A stretch of 51,034 nt of DNA from a virus (lineage: Duplodnaviria > Caudoviricetes). Location: positions 1 to 51,034 of IMG/VR virus record IMGVR_UViG_3300027278_000018; one strand, 5' to 3'. This document shows, in pieces, positions 9,234 to 19,796 of this stretch. A model generated the notes under the pieces. The model searched no databases, was not told the DNA's origin, and was given only the letters and a program-made list of their open reading frames with translations. The position numbers and the translations under genes are program-made. The stretch's first letter is position 1, and each line of letters begins with the position of its first letter.

Positions 9234-10346
9234 ATGAATAAAAAACTAATAGCATTAATCACACTAATCACACTAATTGCGCCTATCAAGGCGATTGCTG
9301 CAGAGCCAGCACCAACGATTGCAATTTTAGACACAGCAATTGACACGTCCTTGCCAGAGTTTAAGGATAAGATTGTTCAAGAAGTTTGTCTTATTGATTG
9401 GACAACTTGCCCAAATGGACTTTCATACATGGAGGGCCCAGGAGCAGCATCAATGCCAGCAGATCTAATCACAAAGAATGGCTTTGATCATGGAACACAA
9501 ATGGCATCAATTTTTCTTAAGAATAATCCTAATGCTAAAATTGTGTTTATTAAAATTATTGGTAACAACGCAAGTGGACAACGACAAGTAGCACTTGAGT
9601 CAACTGTGTTTAATGCTCTTAATTGGGTAAAGAAAAATGCATCTAAGTATAATATTAAGGCTGTAAGCATGTCTCAAGGACACCATAACCTTGGCGCAGC
9701 AGGAACAAGTTACTGCCCTAACACACCAATTACTAAGCAGTCGGTTATTGACCTGGCATCGATTGACGTCCCAGTTTTCTTTCCTTCAGGCAATGGACGT
9801 GACTATAATAGAATTGACTGGCCAGCATGTATTGACGAATCAGTTTCTGTTGGCTATGTAGATCAACAAGGAGAAATGTCTATCTCAAGCAATAACGATG
9901 CGTCTAAGCTTGACTTCTTTGATTATGGATTTTGGCAAGCAACTGCTCCTGGTGGAGTAGTAAAAAATGTTGCTGGATCATCTGCTGCGGTGGCTGTTTC
10001 AGCAGCAAAGTATATTAAGTTGCAGCAAGCAAAGCCAAATCTAAATATGAATCAGCTTATTGATGTACTAAAGCAAACTTCTGTAGACACAGTTGGACGA
10101 CAGGGAAAGTTTAAAAAGCTAATTAGCATTAATGATGCACTGGCTTACCAATATGTTGCAGTTCTAACACCTCAACAAATTGCCGATGCAAAAGCAAAAG
10201 CAGAGGCCGCAACAAAAGCAGCACTTCAATTAGAAATCAACAAACTAATTGCAGATGCAGAGCTTCAATATCAGTTAGAGATTAAAGCAGCAGCAGACAA
10301 GCTATCTGCATACAAAACAGCGCAGTTAGCAAGATTAAATGGATAA
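9234..10346 (+). CDS. Secreted subtilisin-like (S8) serine peptidase
   Basis: Signal peptide; ILDTAID, HGTQMA, SGN, GSSAA catalytic motifs. Confidence 0.88.
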   Translation: MNKKLIALITLITLIAPIKAIAAEPAPTIAILDTAIDTSLPEFKDKIVQEVCLIDWTTCPNGLSYMEGPGAASMPADLITKNGFDHGTQMASIFLKNNPNAKIVFIKIIGNNASGQRQVALESTVFNALNWVKKNASKYNIKAVSMSQGHHNLGAAGTSYCPNTPITKQSVIDLASIDVPVFFPSGNGRDYNRIDWPACIDESVSVGYVDQQGEMSISSNNDASKLDFFDYGFWQATAPGGVVKNVAGSSAAVAVSAAKYIKLQQAKPNLNMNQLIDVLKQTSVDTVGRQGKFKKLISINDALAYQYVAVLTPQQIADAKAKAEAATKAALQLEINKLIADAELQYQLEIKAAADKLSAYKTAQLARLNG

Positions 10347-10548
10347 TAAGTTAACTGTATTGGAAGAAATTATTAAAGAGATTGGCGAGGAGTTGTACCA
10401 GAAATGGTACAACGCCCTTGCTATTGAAGATAGAACGGAAGAGGCTTCAAAAGCCATGTCTTCTAATGCAGGAGAAACTGCAGTTTGGGTAATCCAAACA
10501 TTCATGAATAAGTTCAATGCAGCAGCGGATGAATTAAAGGGAGAGTAA
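10339..10548 (+). CDS. Hypothetical protein
   Basis: Coupled ORF. Confidence 0.6.
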   Translation: MDNKLTVLEEIIKEIGEELYQKWYNALAIEDRTEEASKAMSSNAGETAVWVIQTFMNKFNAAADELKGE

Positions 10549-10549
10549 G

Positions 10550-10852
10550 TTGATAGTTACAGATGAAAGTTTTGATAAGGTTCTAGATGCACACGATTTG
10601 GTCCTTATCGACTTTTGGGCCCCATGGTGTGGACCCTGCAAAAAAGTGTCTCCCATACTAGATGAGATATCAAATGAGCGTGGATTATGGGTTGGTAAGC
10701 TAAATGTTGATGAGAATCCAATTAAACCAGCAGAATACTCTGTAACATCTATACCTTATATGGTATTATTTAAGTCAGGGAAGCCAGTAAAAACTATTAC
10801 TGGGGCTAAGCCAAAGCATGTATTGCTTGATGAGCTTTCCAAATGGATCTAG
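10550..10852 (+). CDS. trxA: Thioredoxin
   Basis: DFWAPWCGPC, KLNVDEN. Confidence 0.95.
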   Translation: MIVTDESFDKVLDAHDLVLIDFWAPWCGPCKKVSPILDEISNERGLWVGKLNVDENPIKPAEYSVTSIPYMVLFKSGKPVKTITGAKPKHVLLDELSKWI

Positions 10853-11037
10853 AAGATATCGATGCAGACCACCTAGAGTTTGAAATATGGCTCAAGAATG
10901 GTTATGACAGAGGTTGGGTGTCAGATGTATTTTGTGACACACACGATGGTCCACCGTTAACAGATGAAGAAATGCAAGAATGGGAAGAAGGAGGAGATCC
11001 CTGCTCTTTCCATGTAAAAGTAAATGCACTACACTAA
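10843..11037 (+). CDS. Hypothetical acidic protein
   Basis: Coupled ORF. Confidence 0.6.
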   Translation: MDLEDIDADHLEFEIWLKNGYDRGWVSDVFCDTHDGPPLTDEEMQEWEEGGDPCSFHVKVNALH

Positions 11038-11084
11038 ATTTCTGTGATCATAAAGACGCAGAGGAAATAAGGAGAATAAATTAA

Positions 11085-12257
11085 ATGAACTCATTTAAGA
11101 AAATCGCACTAGCCATGGTTGCAGCCATGACTTTGGGCACAATCGTAGCAACACCTGCAAGTGCTGCTGTAATGACAGTTGCAGTATCACTAGATACTGT
11201 AGCAAACACTACGGCATCAGCAATTGCCACACCAGCTTCATTGCCAGTACCTGCAGATAACACAGTTGATGCAGCTGACGCACTAAAGTTTATTGCAACA
11301 GTTGATGTTGGAACAAGCGTAACAGTAGCAGCAACAAATGCAACAATTGTGTCTGCGCTACACACAACTGCTGCCCCAGTAGGAGCAACATCAGGATCAT
11401 CATCTTTGACAATTGCAACTGGTACAGGAACAACTGCAACATTCTGGGTATACACAAAGACCACAGCAATTGGTACAGTTGTAATCACAAATGGCGGAAC
11501 ACAACTTACATACTACGTACAGGGAACTGCTGGTAAGATTAATACCCTTACAGTATCTGCTCCTGCTACAGGTGCTGCTGGCACAAAGCAGGACATCTCT
11601 GTAACTGCCACAGACACATTTGGAAACAAGGTATCTGGTAAGTCAATTACTGCAACCGTATTTGCTTCAACAGCAGTTATGGATACAGCAACAGTAACAA
11701 CTGGTGCCACACTTTCAGATTTTGGAGTTGCAAAGTTTACTGCAACACTCCCAGCAACTGGAACACGATCACTAATCACATTCAGCCCAACAACTGCTGG
11801 AGATGCAACAACTGTTGATGTAGTTGGTCTACCTGCTCGTGCACTAGCACCATTTGCAGAGATTGCAGTTCGTGATCTAGTGTCAGAACTTGCTGCACAG
11901 ACTGCTGCTAAAGATGCAGCGCTTGCTGCCAAGGCAGTTTCAGATGCTGCAGTTGTAAAGGCCGCTTCAGATGCTGTTGCTGCCAAGACTGCTTCAGATG
12001 CTGCTCTTGCAGCAGAGAAGGCTGCTTCAGCCAAGGCTCTTGCAGATGCAAAGACTGCTTCAGATGCAGCACTAGCTAAGGCACTTGCAGATGCTAAGAC
12101 AGCTTCAGATGCAGTTGTCCTTGCTAAAGATGCAACTATTGCTAAGCTAACAGCAGATAATGCTGCAGCACTTGCTTCTTTAAAGAAGTCATTCAATGCA
12201 CTCGCTACAAAGTGGAATGCAAAGAACCCAAAGGCTAAGGTTACCTTAGTTAAGTAA
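11085..12257 (+). CDS. Secreted Ala/Thr-rich surface protein with Ig-like region and Ala-rich coiled-coil repeats
   Basis: Signal peptide ending ASA; KTASDAAL repeats; strong AAGGAG RBS. Confidence 0.7.
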   Translation: MNSFKKIALAMVAAMTLGTIVATPASAAVMTVAVSLDTVANTTASAIATPASLPVPADNTVDAADALKFIATVDVGTSVTVAATNATIVSALHTTAAPVGATSGSSSLTIATGTGTTATFWVYTKTTAIGTVVITNGGTQLTYYVQGTAGKINTLTVSAPATGAAGTKQDISVTATDTFGNKVSGKSITATVFASTAVMDTATVTTGATLSDFGVAKFTATLPATGTRSLITFSPTTAGDATTVDVVGLPARALAPFAEIAVRDLVSELAAQTAAKDAALAAKAVSDAAVVKAASDAVAAKTASDAALAAEKAASAKALADAKTASDAALAKALADAKTASDAVVLAKDATIAKLTADNAAALASLKKSFNALATKWNAKNPKAKVTLVK

Positions 12258-12267
12258 TTAATGTTTA

Positions 12268-12294
12268 TGGGGCGGTGAAATATCCGCCCCATTT
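12268..12294 (+). terminator. Intrinsic terminator
   Basis: atggggcgg...ccgccccat hairpin after the stop. Confidence 0.75.
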
Positions 12295-12326
12295 ACATTT
12301 TATTAAACGAAGAGTATAATAGAATT

Positions 12327-12545
12327 ATGGAATCAAATAAAAAAAGTTTATATAAATCAATTACTTGGCCAGCAGTTCATATTGGATTTGTTGGCACGAT
12401 GGTCTATTTATTTGAAAAGGCTATAACTGGCGAAGCCCACTGGGAATACGCTGGCACATTTGCAATCATATACACAGCATGTGAAATGGTTGGCTTTTTC
12501 TTACATGAAAGAGCTTGGTCTAAATTTGGCGGGAAAATAAAATAA
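12327..12545 (+). CDS. DUF2061-like membrane protein (second copy)
   Basis: KSLYKSITW...FFLHERAW. Confidence 0.7.
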   Translation: MESNKKSLYKSITWPAVHIGFVGTMVYLFEKAITGEAHWEYAGTFAIIYTACEMVGFFLHERAWSKFGGKIK

Positions 12546-12837
12546 TGGGAAAGCACCTAGATAAAATGCAAAGAGCTCTTGCTCAAAGACAGGCTGGCAC
12601 ATACACAAGTGGACAAAAAAAGCCTGGATCAATGAATATTAAAAAAACTGGCTATAGGGGACAGAAAGCAAAGGGCTCTAAGTAGTGTTTGAAGATACTT
12701 GTCAGTGGTCTAAAGAATGTAGTAATAAAGCAACAAGAATTGCATCAAGAAAAGAAGGACCAATTATAGATATTTGTGACAAATGCTGGCATAAAGAGTT
12801 TAAGTCCTAATAAAAATAATATCAAGATTGGATAAAA

Positions 12838-13629
12838 TTGAGATACAATTGGTTTGCAAGGCTAGACGATACAAGCATAGATGGAATGGTACTTTTGTCC
12901 GATGAAATTGATCAATACAACTATTACTCTTCATTATTTACATACCACGCACAAGACCCAGACCCATTTATAAAAGCAGCTCGTGTTCTTAATAAGAATC
13001 ATGTTTTTAAATATATGATTGCAATAAGACCTTATGCAGTGTCCCCAGAGTATTTAGCAATGATGATATCCTCATTTGAAGAGATACATAAAAACAGATT
13101 AATGATAAATATTGTTTGTGCACTTGGTCAAAATGAAGAAAATTCATTAGAAAACATGGTAACTCAAAAAGAAAAATTTGATAACCATATTTTTAGACAA
13201 GAATACACAAGGAACTATATGAAAAAAATAAGAGAAATTTTACCAAAAGATTCAACTGTAGAGTTTATTATAAGTGCTGCTCAAGACTATGACATAGAGA
13301 CATCCAATATGTATGCCCATGGCAATGTAATGTTTTACTATGACTTTCTTAAAAATCACCACAAGGTTAAAAATGAAATAAACATGGTTGCGATTATGGC
13401 AATTATAAGAGATACCCATGAAGAGGCTGAAGAGCAATACAACGCTATGATCAAAAAAGATCTACAAAAAGATACTATATATGGGACAGAAGATGAAATA
13501 GCTGATCAAATTAATGAATTGTCGAATCTTGGAGCCACAGACGTATTAATCAATGCCCATAGGATTCACCAATATAGCGACAAAGTAATGCCACTTATTA
13601 ATAAATTAGCTGGCAAAAGACAACCCTAG
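12838..13629 (+). CDS. Luciferase-like (LLM) flavin-dependent monooxygenase
   Basis: YMIAIRPYAVSP, RLMINIV, GTEDEIADQI...LGATD. Confidence 0.75.
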   Translation: MRYNWFARLDDTSIDGMVLLSDEIDQYNYYSSLFTYHAQDPDPFIKAARVLNKNHVFKYMIAIRPYAVSPEYLAMMISSFEEIHKNRLMINIVCALGQNEENSLENMVTQKEKFDNHIFRQEYTRNYMKKIREILPKDSTVEFIISAAQDYDIETSNMYAHGNVMFYYDFLKNHHKVKNEINMVAIMAIIRDTHEEAEEQYNAMIKKDLQKDTIYGTEDEIADQINELSNLGATDVLINAHRIHQYSDKVMPLINKLAGKRQP

Positions 13630-13726
13630 TTCCTCCACCCGACGCATTCTAATCAACCAGATGATATACTTATCTGGTAGGTGGAACTCTAGAACCATCT
13701 AAATAAATGACCTATAGGAGAATAAA

Positions 13727-14459
13727 ATGACAACAAATGGAATTAATGGCGGAGGCTTTGAAGCCGCTACACCAGCAGGAACAAATGATATCAACGCACA
13801 CTACTCAGACAACACAGGATCAGCATTTCCTGTAACTGACAAGTCAACACAAGATGGTGCTGGCGTAGGACAGAGTGGTAAGTAATATGGAAAACATTAA
13901 AGCAGAAACACCAGCAGCTCCAGTTGCACCAGCAGCTCCAGTTGCACCAAAATCAGCAGTACCAGCTCCAGGAACACCTGAATTTGCTGCATGGGCATGG
14001 GAAAATAGAAACGGCTAATGTGTTACGAATGTGGATGTGAAACCCTAGGAAGCACTATGGGTGGAACGCAGGCAAACATTGTTGATGTTTCAAGAGATGG
14101 AGACTCAGGTTTGACATTAAGCATGAGCTCAACTCCAGAGCAGACAAGACAATTTATAAATGAGTAATTTTAAAAAAGAAAATGGTACTGGCATGGAAGC
14201 ACCACCAACTGGCGGTGCACCTGCTGGCGCTGTTACTAGCAGAGAAGCAACAAAGAAGCAGCCAAGACAAGGCATGAGGGTGGATACAAATAAACATGGT
14301 ATTAGAAGAGAAACAAGCCTGATACCTAAGCCACCTAAGAAAACTGGTAGAAAGAAGATCTAGCCGATGTGCATCAAGTGCGGTAGCTGTTATAAAGAAC
14401 ATGAGCGCACAATAGATGACGCAGTAGATTTTATTGAAGACTTGGATTATAAAAATTAG
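13727..14459 (+). CDS. Operon of five micro-ORFs (13727-13885, 13887-14018, 14018-14167, 14160-14363, 14367-14459)
   Basis: AGGAG RBS before 13727; abutting or overlapping start/stop codons. Confidence 0.6.
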
Positions 14460-14750
14460 AAAATTGCTAAATGGATCAACCGTCTTTGAATTAGATGAGG
14501 CGGTTGATCTAATTATACACACTAAAGCCCCAGGTAAATATAAGGTTATAGACCTAGAAACGGGCGAAGAGTATGTAGGCTCAGAGATTAAAAATGAAAG
14601 CTTTGCCCCAGTCTTAATAGAAAAAGTTAACAGGGGGAAAATCGGTCAATGGATTAAAATAAAAGCAAAACAATCTATTGACCAGGTCGAATAACTATTG
14701 TATAATAGGTAGTATACACAATGTATGCTATAAACAAAAGAAAGAATATT

Positions 14751-15326
14751 ATGAAAACAATCGGAGATAAACTCAATCAATTTTCAGTTGTTGGTGTTAA
14801 GCCAGCAAGACTTGATTATGCAGAAGATGCATTTGAAACCTTAACAGAAAAATCATTTCCTGGAAAATGGAAAGTAATTGTTTTTTACCCTAAAGACTTT
14901 ACGTTTGTTTGCCCAACAGAAATTGTTGCATACGACAAGCTATCAAAAGACTTTCATGACAGGGATGCAGTTCTTATGACTGGGTCTACAGATAATGAAT
15001 TTTGCAAAATTGCTTGGAGAAATGCACATAAAGACCTAGCTAAGACTAATTCCTGGTCTTTTGCAGATCAAATACGTGGATGGCAATGGAATGATCAGAC
15101 AGAAGAATCAACTGCTGGCCTAGCAGAACAACTTGGTATTTTAACACCACAAGGAGTTGCACTACGTGCTACATTTATTGTAGATCCAGAAAACATCATC
15201 CAGCATGTAACTGTAAATAACCTTGACGTCGGCAGAAACCCAGAAGAAACATTACGTATTCTAGATGCACTTCAAACAGGAGAGCTATGTGCATGCAATA
15301 GAACAATTGGTGGAGAAACTCTATAA
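14751..15326 (+). CDS. ahpC: Peroxiredoxin AhpC
   Basis: FYPKDFTFVCPTE, RATFIVDP, GRN...LCAC (actinobacterial type). Confidence 0.95.
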   Translation: MKTIGDKLNQFSVVGVKPARLDYAEDAFETLTEKSFPGKWKVIVFYPKDFTFVCPTEIVAYDKLSKDFHDRDAVLMTGSTDNEFCKIAWRNAHKDLAKTNSWSFADQIRGWQWNDQTEESTAGLAEQLGILTPQGVALRATFIVDPENIIQHVTVNNLDVGRNPEETLRILDALQTGELCACNRTIGGETL

Positions 15327-15838
15327 TGACTTGGGTAGACCAGCTTAAGGATTCTCTTCCAGAATATGCTAAAGACATCAAGCTAAACCTTGATGCAGTA
15401 ATTAATAGATCAACTATTGATTCAGAGCATGCCATGTATCTTTCTATCGCTGCAGCATTTGCAACTGGTAACGGTAAGCTTCTCGCCTTCATTACAGCAA
15501 GCGCAACAGATGATGTTGAAAGAAATGCAGCCCTTACTGCTGGTGCAATTATGGCACAAAATAACGTATGGTATCCATATATTGAGATGGCAGATGATCA
15601 AAATTTATCTGGGCTACCAGCACAGCTTAGAATGAATTCTATCGCTTCCCATGGGGGCACTACAAAAGCAAAGTTTGAAGCATATAGCCTTGCATCTTCT
15701 ATTATTGGTAAATGTCATTTCTGTGTAAAAGCACATTATGAAACGTTAAAGCAAGAAGGATATTCAACCGAGCAGCTGCGTGACATTGGCAGAATCGCAG
15801 CAACAATTAACGCTTTGTCAAAAATACTATCCGCTTAA
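15326..15838 (+). CDS. ahpD: Alkylhydroperoxidase AhpD
   Basis: LPEYAKDIKLNL, MAQNNVWY, CHFCVKAH; coupled to ahpC. Confidence 0.95.
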   Translation: MTWVDQLKDSLPEYAKDIKLNLDAVINRSTIDSEHAMYLSIAAAFATGNGKLLAFITASATDDVERNAALTAGAIMAQNNVWYPYIEMADDQNLSGLPAQLRMNSIASHGGTTKAKFEAYSLASSIIGKCHFCVKAHYETLKQEGYSTEQLRDIGRIAATINALSKILSA

Positions 15839-15886
15839 CCAAGAAATGGTATAATTGGGTAAATACATATTGAAAAGGGAGACATC

Positions 15887-16777
15887 ATGTCAGAAACACA
15901 GGTAGTCAGTCAGCTCGGAGGAAAGCTTCTCGGAGGAGGAGGAACTGGCATTTGGCAGTACGATAACTTTATATCTAAAGAAGAGTGTGAAGAGCTAATT
16001 AAATTTTTCAATGCTAATTCTGAAGAGTGGAGATACATTTGTTTTTATGGATCTTATGGTATGCACGTAGTTTCTCCTTTTGATAAAGAGCATGGAACTA
16101 CAATAACAGAAGAATATATGGCAAACCTTCGTGCAAGAATGGTTCAATATGTTTCTGATGCCGCGGGGCGTCCGATGAAAATTAACAGCATGCATGCACA
16201 AAAATGGGAACTTGGAGCTTATGCAAATGACCATTCGGATAGCTCAGATCTAGATGGAAATGATATGGGCTGGAGTGACAACAAACAGTACGCTGGTATC
16301 TACCTTAATTCTCAACCAGATTACAGTGGCGGAGTTTTAAAGTTTAGAGATCATGGTTTAGATGTTATTCCTCCTGCTGGCTCATTTGTTTCATTCCCAG
16401 GCGGACCAGAAAACATCCATAGCGTTACAGAAATAACTGGCGGAACAAGATATACTATTGTTATTTTCTGGGACTATGCTGACGCATGGTATTCAGAAGC
16501 AGAGCTACAAGAAATGGAACGAATGATTCTTAAAGAAAGAATTCATCAGTACCAGCTTAAGAGACAATGGGCTCTAGGAGAAGCTCACCCATTGCTAGAA
16601 GATCCTTATGCAGGTCTAGATGATGATTCAAAGTTACCAGAAGGATTTAAAGAAAGCTTGACTATCGGAGACATGAAATCAAATGCCCGTAGAAATCAAG
16701 AGAACGCAGTAAAAGAAGGCCGCGTCCCAGAGGGAGTGGTAAATGACATGATAATATCACAGGAGGAAGAAGTATGA
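15887..16777 (+). CDS. 2OG-Fe(II) oxygenase
   Basis: HSD, YLN...YSGGVL, HSVTEITGGTRY. Confidence 0.9.
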   Translation: MSETQVVSQLGGKLLGGGGTGIWQYDNFISKEECEELIKFFNANSEEWRYICFYGSYGMHVVSPFDKEHGTTITEEYMANLRARMVQYVSDAAGRPMKINSMHAQKWELGAYANDHSDSSDLDGNDMGWSDNKQYAGIYLNSQPDYSGGVLKFRDHGLDVIPPAGSFVSFPGGPENIHSVTEITGGTRYTIVIFWDYADAWYSEAELQEMERMILKERIHQYQLKRQWALGEAHPLLEDPYAGLDDDSKLPEGFKESLTIGDMKSNARRNQENAVKEGRVPEGVVNDMIISQEEEV

Positions 16778-17028
16778 TTACAAAAGCAGGTTCATCAGGA
16801 ATTGACTCAGAAGGTGTAGCATATGATCACGCCTTTACAATAGAAATTGGAAGAGTTTCATATACATTATGCGGAGAAGATAAATATCAGGTTACGCTTA
16901 ATCTTAACTCGTCAGAGGGTCATGAAGAGATCGCACCAGAAATTCGCACAATGTCTTATGATGATTTGAATAATTGGTTCCTAAACCCAACACCAGAGTA
17001 CTACAATACAACTATAAAAAATAGCTAA
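16774..17028 (+). CDS. Hypothetical protein
   Basis: GGAGG RBS; coupled. Confidence 0.6.
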   Translation: MITKAGSSGIDSEGVAYDHAFTIEIGRVSYTLCGEDKYQVTLNLNSSEGHEEIAPEIRTMSYDDLNNWFLNPTPEYYNTTIKNS

Positions 17029-17038
17029 GGAGTAGTCC

Positions 17039-17851
17039 TTGAAACAGCTTTATTTTTTGCATATACCAAAAACTGCAGGAAAATTTGTAGGAAAATGTGT
17101 GCGTGATTCTTTATCTGAAACAGATTTAAGGATATATATAAGCACACACTATCCAAATGAATTTAATGTTTTTGATAAAGCTTATGTTTCTGGTCATTTT
17201 GGTACTTACCCTATTGAAAAAAATCCATCAATGGATGTAGCATGTCTGCTAAGAAATCCAATAGATGCAAGGGTTAGCTACTTTAATTTTATTTATAAAT
17301 ATCAAATGGTAGGCAGACCAGAATACGATGCCATTTATACTTATTTAGATAAACTTAAATATTATTTATTTAATGATCCCAATTATGCACTTCATAATAA
17401 CTATCAAGCAAGATTTATATGCAACCCTGCAGATGAAAAGTCTTTTAGCTTAAAAGGATTTTATGAAAATTATGGGGATGACTTAATGAAAGAGATTGGT
17501 TTTCATGAGGGTAAAGCATTTACTTGGTTTGTAGGGAATGATAAAACTTCTTTAGATTTAGCAATGAGTAATGTCAAATCATTTAATATTGTAAATACTG
17601 CTGAACGTTTGGACCTATTTATGGATAAAGTAAATAGATGGTTTATTGAGAATTATAATATAGAGATAGATTATAACCTATTAAATAAGGTAAATACCTC
17701 CTCAACAGAATACAAGGGAGTTGTATATACAACTAAAGATTTGATAGATATGCTCACAACAGATGAAAAAGAGTTGATTGTAAAGAATAATTATATTGAT
17801 TATGCAATATATTCTTATGTTAGTGGCAAAGAGTTGTTAGGGGATAACTGA
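17039..17851 (+). CDS. Sulfotransferase family protein
   Basis: FLHIPKTAG (5'-PSB) and LRNPIDARVSYF (3'-PB). Confidence 0.85.
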   Translation: MKQLYFLHIPKTAGKFVGKCVRDSLSETDLRIYISTHYPNEFNVFDKAYVSGHFGTYPIEKNPSMDVACLLRNPIDARVSYFNFIYKYQMVGRPEYDAIYTYLDKLKYYLFNDPNYALHNNYQARFICNPADEKSFSLKGFYENYGDDLMKEIGFHEGKAFTWFVGNDKTSLDLAMSNVKSFNIVNTAERLDLFMDKVNRWFIENYNIEIDYNLLNKVNTSSTEYKGVVYTTKDLIDMLTTDEKELIVKNNYIDYAIYSYVSGKELLGDN

Positions 17852-17854
17852 GCA

Positions 17855-19000
17855 ATGATAAATAAAGCAGATAAAAATTATAATTTTATATACTTTAAAG
17901 AGTTTAATATAGAATTAATAAAAGAAAAGTGTATCGCATTAAAAGAGGAGTGGCTACTAGACCAGTCGAGGCAAAATATGCAGTACCCAGAAAGAAGAAA
18001 TCCTCATCTTTATACAAATACATACATTGTTCAAGACCACCATTTATTTTGGCAAAATGGTGAAAAGTTTTTACCCACACTGAAAGATCCAGAAATATAT
18101 GAATTAGTAATGCCAATTATAAAAGAATTACAAGAAAGAATTTGTGGTAAAGCTGCTAGAGTACTGCTAATTAAACTTGAAGGTAATAAAAATGTAACAG
18201 AGCATACCGACTCAGGAGATTATCTTAATACAGTAAGAAGATTTCATATACCAATAATAACTAATGATAAGGTTTATTACACTGTAAATGGTGAAAAGAT
18301 TCACATGAAGGCTGGGGAGTGTTGGGAGATAAACAATAGAAAGCCACACTCGGTAGATAATGATAGCGATGAAGAAAGAATACATTTGCTTATAGACATA
18401 ATGCCAGAATCAGAATTTAGAACATACGACTCCTTGTTACCTGAATCTAAGATTAAAGTAATAGAAAACTTTATATCAGAAGAGGACGCACAATCATTCA
18501 TTGATTATATAAACAACAACTATTTAAATAATTATAAATTTACAATAGGTAAAAAGGCTTTAGCTGCAGGCAATCTCAGGTATCAATCCAATGTCCCAGA
18601 AGAGTTCGCTTTATCAGATCATGAAGAAATGAGTGATCTTATTAAAAAATATAGCGATAAATTTTTAAATGAATGCTATAATTTTTTTAAAGATGATTTT
18701 GAATTATACCTAACTGCGTTTTGGATGACAAGGTTTGAAAAAAATACAAAGCTGCCATTTCATAACGACAATCATGAGGGCGCTGAGCACCTTTTTAGAA
18801 GTGGTGTAATATACTTAAACGATGATTATGATGGCGGTTACCTAAAGTTTTTAGACCATAGCTTAACCTATAAGCCAAAAAGACTGAGCCTAGTTATATT
18901 TGATTCAGAGTATATGCATGAGATAACAAATATTGTATCTGGTGCTAGAATGGCACTACCTATATGGGCAACAAAGAATCCAAAAAAATGCATACTTTAA
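17855..19000 (+). CDS. Asp/Asn beta-hydroxylase-like domain fused to a P4H-like 2OG-Fe(II) domain
   Basis: HTD...RFHIPIITN...PHSVDN...RIHLLID; second domain HND...YLNDDYDGG...HEI...R. Confidence 0.85.
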   Translation: MINKADKNYNFIYFKEFNIELIKEKCIALKEEWLLDQSRQNMQYPERRNPHLYTNTYIVQDHHLFWQNGEKFLPTLKDPEIYELVMPIIKELQERICGKAARVLLIKLEGNKNVTEHTDSGDYLNTVRRFHIPIITNDKVYYTVNGEKIHMKAGECWEINNRKPHSVDNDSDEERIHLLIDIMPESEFRTYDSLLPESKIKVIENFISEEDAQSFIDYINNNYLNNYKFTIGKKALAAGNLRYQSNVPEEFALSDHEEMSDLIKKYSDKFLNECYNFFKDDFELYLTAFWMTRFEKNTKLPFHNDNHEGAEHLFRSGVIYLNDDYDGGYLKFLDHSLTYKPKRLSLVIFDSEYMHEITNIVSGARMALPIWATKNPKKCIL

Positions 19001-19665
19001 TGCCATCCCTAAAGCTATTTAATAATTTTATAGAAAAACAAGACATTGATTTTCTAATCAAGTGGATAGACAATAATTGTCATGATCAAAAAAAATTTAG
19101 ACATAGGGTTGGCATTGCTTTCGACAAGGGTCTAGCGGTTAGAGCGATATTCCCAGACGAAAAGCCTCCATCTATGTTTAAAGATTTAGAAGATATAATT
19201 ACTAGATGCTCAAATAAGTTTATGGAAATTCAAAAAGAACATATGGATGACGGGAAAGACCACTATTTCTACGGAGTTTCAATAACCAAACTATCTAAAG
19301 ACATCCAGCTAAGGATTCACCAGGATGTACATAATGATTTCTCTACCCTATCTTACAGTGCAGTTTTATATTTAAATGATAACTATGTTGGTGGAGAAGC
19401 TTCTTTTTTAAAAGACTTCGTGCCGTTTTCTGATTTTCCTTTATACGATGATAGCATGGGCGGAATAACATTCAAACCGTCAGCAGGAGATCTTTCTATA
19501 TTCCCATCAGACTTATGGCATGGAGGAAAAAAAGTTATTGATGGAGATAGATATGCAATAATATTTTGGTCTACTACTGAAAAAGAATATGAGTTTGCTG
19601 GATTTGATTCAGATAAAGTTTTAGCAAAAATTAATACAAAGGCAGCAGAGCTTGGGTATAACTAA
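18988..19665 (+). CDS. 2OG-Fe(II) oxygenase
   Basis: HQD, LYLNDNYVGGE, WHGGKKVIDGDRY; start uncertain (18964-19000). Confidence 0.88.
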   Translation: MHTLMPSLKLFNNFIEKQDIDFLIKWIDNNCHDQKKFRHRVGIAFDKGLAVRAIFPDEKPPSMFKDLEDIITRCSNKFMEIQKEHMDDGKDHYFYGVSITKLSKDIQLRIHQDVHNDFSTLSYSAVLYLNDNYVGGEASFLKDFVPFSDFPLYDDSMGGITFKPSAGDLSIFPSDLWHGGKKVIDGDRYAIIFWSTTEKEYEFAGFDSDKVLAKINTKAAELGYN

Positions 19666-19675
19666 TGGGGGAAAG

Positions 19676-19795
19676 ATGATAAAGTCAATAAGGTGTAAGT
19701 TGTTTGGACATAAGATAATAACTGCTGGTTCATGCCCATTTACTGGTAAATCATATAATGCATGTAAAGTTTGTGACAGATTGTTTGAGCAATAA
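19676..19795 (+). CDS. 39-aa Cys/His protein (RCKLFGHK...C...CKVC), not in ORF track
   Basis: GGGGAAAG RBS; motif typical of small phage Zn proteins. Confidence 0.6.
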   Translation: MIKSIRCKLFGHKIITAGSCPFTGKSYNACKVCDRLFEQ

Positions 19796-19796
19796 G

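Noticed and set aside
11081-12292. Long antisense ORFs (135 and 259 aa)
   Set aside because: Mirror of Ala/Thr codon bias in 11085-12257; no RBS
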